From positions 1 through 26,285 of IMG/VR virus record IMGVR_UViG_3300037423_000445: a stretch of DNA of 26,285 bases; one strand, written 5' to 3'. This document shows positions 24,286 to 26,285 of the stretch, piece after piece. The first letter of the stretch is position 1; every line of letters starts with the position of its first letter. Position numbers and translations under genes: made by a program. The notes beneath the pieces were generated by a model. That model did not search any database, had not been told where the DNA came from, and was given only the letters and a program-made list of their open reading frames with translations. This DNA is from a virus (taxonomy: Duplodnaviria; Caudoviricetes).

Positions 24286-25806
24286 CTAAATGACCAGCAG
24301 TTCGTAAGTCGGCGCTTCGGCTTCATTCGGTGCCACGCCGAACGCCATGCAAAGCGCGACCATGCCGTCGATGCGACCAGCCGCTTTGGCCTTGTTGAGC
24401 TTCCGCCCGCCAGCCGGATCGGTCGTAACCACCGCGTTTGCCGCGCACATGGTCAGGACGGGATGGTTGCCGTGCCTGACCTTGCGCTCAAGCAGCGCCG
24501 CTTCGGTATCGCGGAGCGCCGGGCTCATCGACTGGAAGCCCTGGCCGAACTCGACGAACAGCTCGTCGATCCGCGCCTCGGTGAAGCCGGCCTTCACCAG
24601 CCACGGCCGCAAATGCTTGAACGCCCAACGGTCGAACGCGCACTTCTTCCAGTTGTGTGTCTGATCGAATTCGAACAGCTGCTTGGCGACGAACTCATAT
24701 TCGACTGCGCGGCCGGGAGTGGTCCGCAGCTGACCGTCCGCCGCCCAAACGTCATACGGCACTCGATCGGCCCGCGCCTTCTCGCGCAGGTTTTCGCCGG
24801 GAAGCCAGAAGACCGGCTTCGTCTCCCAGGCATCGTCGATCCACGCGATCGGCACATGCGCGGTCAGGTCGTTCGTCGACGACAGATCCAGCCCCGAATA
24901 AACCTCGGCGCGGCCCCAATCGTCAGTGACCTCGCCGCCGCATTGCTGCCACACCGAGCGGCTGATGAACGGCGAGTTCATCTCGACCCGCTGGTTCAGG
25001 ATCAGGTTCCTGAATTCCGGCTCCCGCGACGGCATCCGGCGGGCGTCCTCGGCCATCGCCAACACTTCGGCGGCGTTGAGGAAGTCGCCGAACGCCGGGT
25101 TAGCCTGCCTGATCGTCTTCTCGTCGAACGGGTCTAAGTCTGGATCGGCGGAATAGAGCGACAGCACCACCCGCGGATCCCGGCCGGCCTTCGCATCGTC
25201 GATCAGGACTGAAAGCAAGTCGGCATCCGTCGGCGCCTGCGTCGAGATCACGATCGACAGCGGATTCTCATGGGCGCCGACCGCCGTCTCCAGCGCATCG
25301 TAAAGCTCCGAACGTGGCCCCTTCACCTGGCCGAGTTCGTCGTGGACAATGAAAACCGGCGAAAGCCCGTAGGCAGTCGAGACCTCGGCCGATAGCGCCT
25401 TGTAGAGCGTCCCGAGCTCGGGACAGAAAAGCTCCTTGATCGTATCCCTGATGGTGACGACGCCATCGAGGTCGGTCGAAAGCCGGATCACCTTCGCGGC
25501 CAGCTTGAACAGGATCGCGGCCTGCTCCTTCGACTGCGCCGCGCTGTTCAGCTGCGAATTGACCCGCGCTTCAGGTCCGCACAGGTGGAGCAGCAACAGG
25601 AAGCAGGCCAGCGTCGTCTTCGCGTTCTTCCGGCCGAAGCTGATGATGGCGCGACGAGTGCCATGCGGGTTGTCGTAAATCTTCTTGAGTTCGCGCTTCT
25701 GCCAGGGCCGCAGCCTGACCGGCTGACCAACGTCCTTCCCTTCTGGAATGCGGCAGTAGGTCTCGATCCATCGGATGTTCCGCTCGCCGCGCGTTATCCG
25801 TGCCAC
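24286..25806 (-). CDS. terL: Terminase large subunit
   Basis: LRPWQK adenine-binding motif, Walker A GRKNAKTT, Walker B FIVHDELG, ISTQ coupling motif, nuclease GLDLS..DLTA, FDRW, RIDG.VA. Real start is probably GTG 25806 overlapping the terS end, not 26034. Confidence 0.96.
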   Translation of the reverse strand: MARITRGERNIRWIETYCRIPEGKDVGQPVRLRPWQKRELKKIYDNPHGTRRAIISFGRKNAKTTLACFLLLLHLCGPEARVNSQLNSAAQSKEQAAILFKLAAKVIRLSTDLDGVVTIRDTIKELFCPELGTLYKALSAEVSTAYGLSPVFIVHDELGQVKGPRSELYDALETAVGAHENPLSIVISTQAPTDADLLSVLIDDAKAGRDPRVVLSLYSADPDLDPFDEKTIRQANPAFGDFLNAAEVLAMAEDARRMPSREPEFRNLILNQRVEMNSPFISRSVWQQCGGEVTDDWGRAEVYSGLDLSSTNDLTAHVPIAWIDDAWETKPVFWLPGENLREKARADRVPYDVWAADGQLRTTPGRAVEYEFVAKQLFEFDQTHNWKKCAFDRWAFKHLRPWLVKAGFTEARIDELFVEFGQGFQSMSPALRDTEAALLERKVRHGNHPVLTMCAANAVVTTDPAGGRKLNKAKAAGRIDGMVALCMAFGVAPNEAEAPTYELLVI

Positions 25807-26228
25807 GGCTTGCTCTTCGAATTGTGGCGCCCCGCCGTCCCCGCGGCCTTCGGCGTGTAGCGGCTTTGGTTGGTCAGCCTCAGCTTCGTCGCGCTGTCCG
25901 CCACCGCCCTCGTCTCGCGATCGCGCATCCGGAGGTAGAGATCGAGATCGCGAAGAGAGACATCGGAATCCTCGACGCTCATGTGCTTCTCGATCACCGT
26001 CGACAGCCGCTCGGCCGCAACGACGTGCCGGCAATAGTCCTTCAACAACTGCTGAAGTGCCGATGTCCCGAAGAAGTCGGCTGGCTCATGCACCACTGTC
26101 GTGACCCACACCGCCGCCTCAAGCTCGGTCAAATCTTCCGGCGGATCAGGCCGGCGTCCAACCGCACCGCCACCGATAACGGACAGCGAAGCGGTCGACT
26201 TGCGACCTCTCTCGCCCATGTCACCCAT
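25794..26228 (-). CDS. terS: Terminase small subunit (P27-like)
   Basis: RGRKS N-terminus, PPEDL...EAAVW, LL..YC, ATKLRLT.QSR motif; immediately upstream of terL. Confidence 0.88.
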   Translation of the reverse strand: MGDMGERGRKSTASLSVIGGGAVGRRPDPPEDLTELEAAVWVTTVVHEPADFFGTSALQQLLKDYCRHVVAAERLSTVIEKHMSVEDSDVSLRDLDLYLRMRDRETRAVADSATKLRLTNQSRYTPKAAGTAGRHNSKSKPWHG

Positions 26229-26285
26229 TCCTTTCGGCGAAGTTGCGCGCGCACGCGCGGCGGTTACGGTTTATGTTTTGCGAGC

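Larger units (their letters stand above)
1..26285 (-). mobile_element. Siphovirus-type phage/prophage late gene region (packaging, head, neck, tail, lysis); both ends lie outside the window
   Basis: Contiguous co-oriented terminase, protease, HK97 capsid, portal, neck, tail tube, tape measure, tail tip and amidase genes. No integrase or att site in the window, so free phage versus prophage cannot be decided. Confidence 0.97.

Noticed and set aside
1617-25860. Many long plus-strand ORFs (e.g. 1617-2669, 2694-3989, 5222-6481, 9177-10127, 17515-18855, 22877-23809, 24268-25137)
   Set aside because: Antisense shadows of well-supported minus-strand genes, expected at high GC; they show no motifs and skewed composition.
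25807-26034. N-terminal extension of terL in the ORF track
   Set aside because: It lies within terS in another frame and is low-complexity; GTG 25806 gives a normal-sized TerL.
26229-26285. Possible cos site or late promoter upstream of terS
   Set aside because: A GC-alternating stretch is present but too little context is in the window; read-terminus analysis would be needed.
1-26285. Gene transfer agent cluster
   Set aside because: Despite GTA-like spike and tail-tip parts, the 804-aa tape measure, portal-after-capsid order, morons and linked lysis cassette fit a genuine phage.

Overview
The whole window is the late (virion morphogenesis and lysis) region of a GC-rich, HK97-fold, long non-contractile-tailed phage or prophage, probably of an alphaproteobacterial (Sphingomonadaceae-like) host; the host is an inference from protein style. 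Nearly all genes lie on the minus strand and are translationally coupled. Read right to left: terS, terL, prohead protease, major capsid, hairpin terminator, a 76-aa protein, an enzyme block (SAM methyltransferase, 73-aa ORF, ParB/Srx-like protein, second methyltransferase, GT-A glycosyltransferase), small membrane protein, portal, collagen/CBM-like protein, RcGTA-like head-spike base and fibre, an antisense sugar O-methyltransferase, head-tail connector, head-closure protein fused to a paralogue of the head-fibre domain, tail terminator, tail tube, tail chaperone with a -1 frameshift, an antisense membrane moron, a displaced HK97-gp10, a second chaperone, tape measure, Dit, hub, NlpC/P60, tail-tip protein, two accessory tail proteins, and a lysis cassette running off the left edge. 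The best candidate for a new system is a virion glycosylation/glycan-methylation module built into the head operon, alongside duplicated lectin-like domains on head spikes and neck. All family calls come from motif recognition by eye; no database searches were run.
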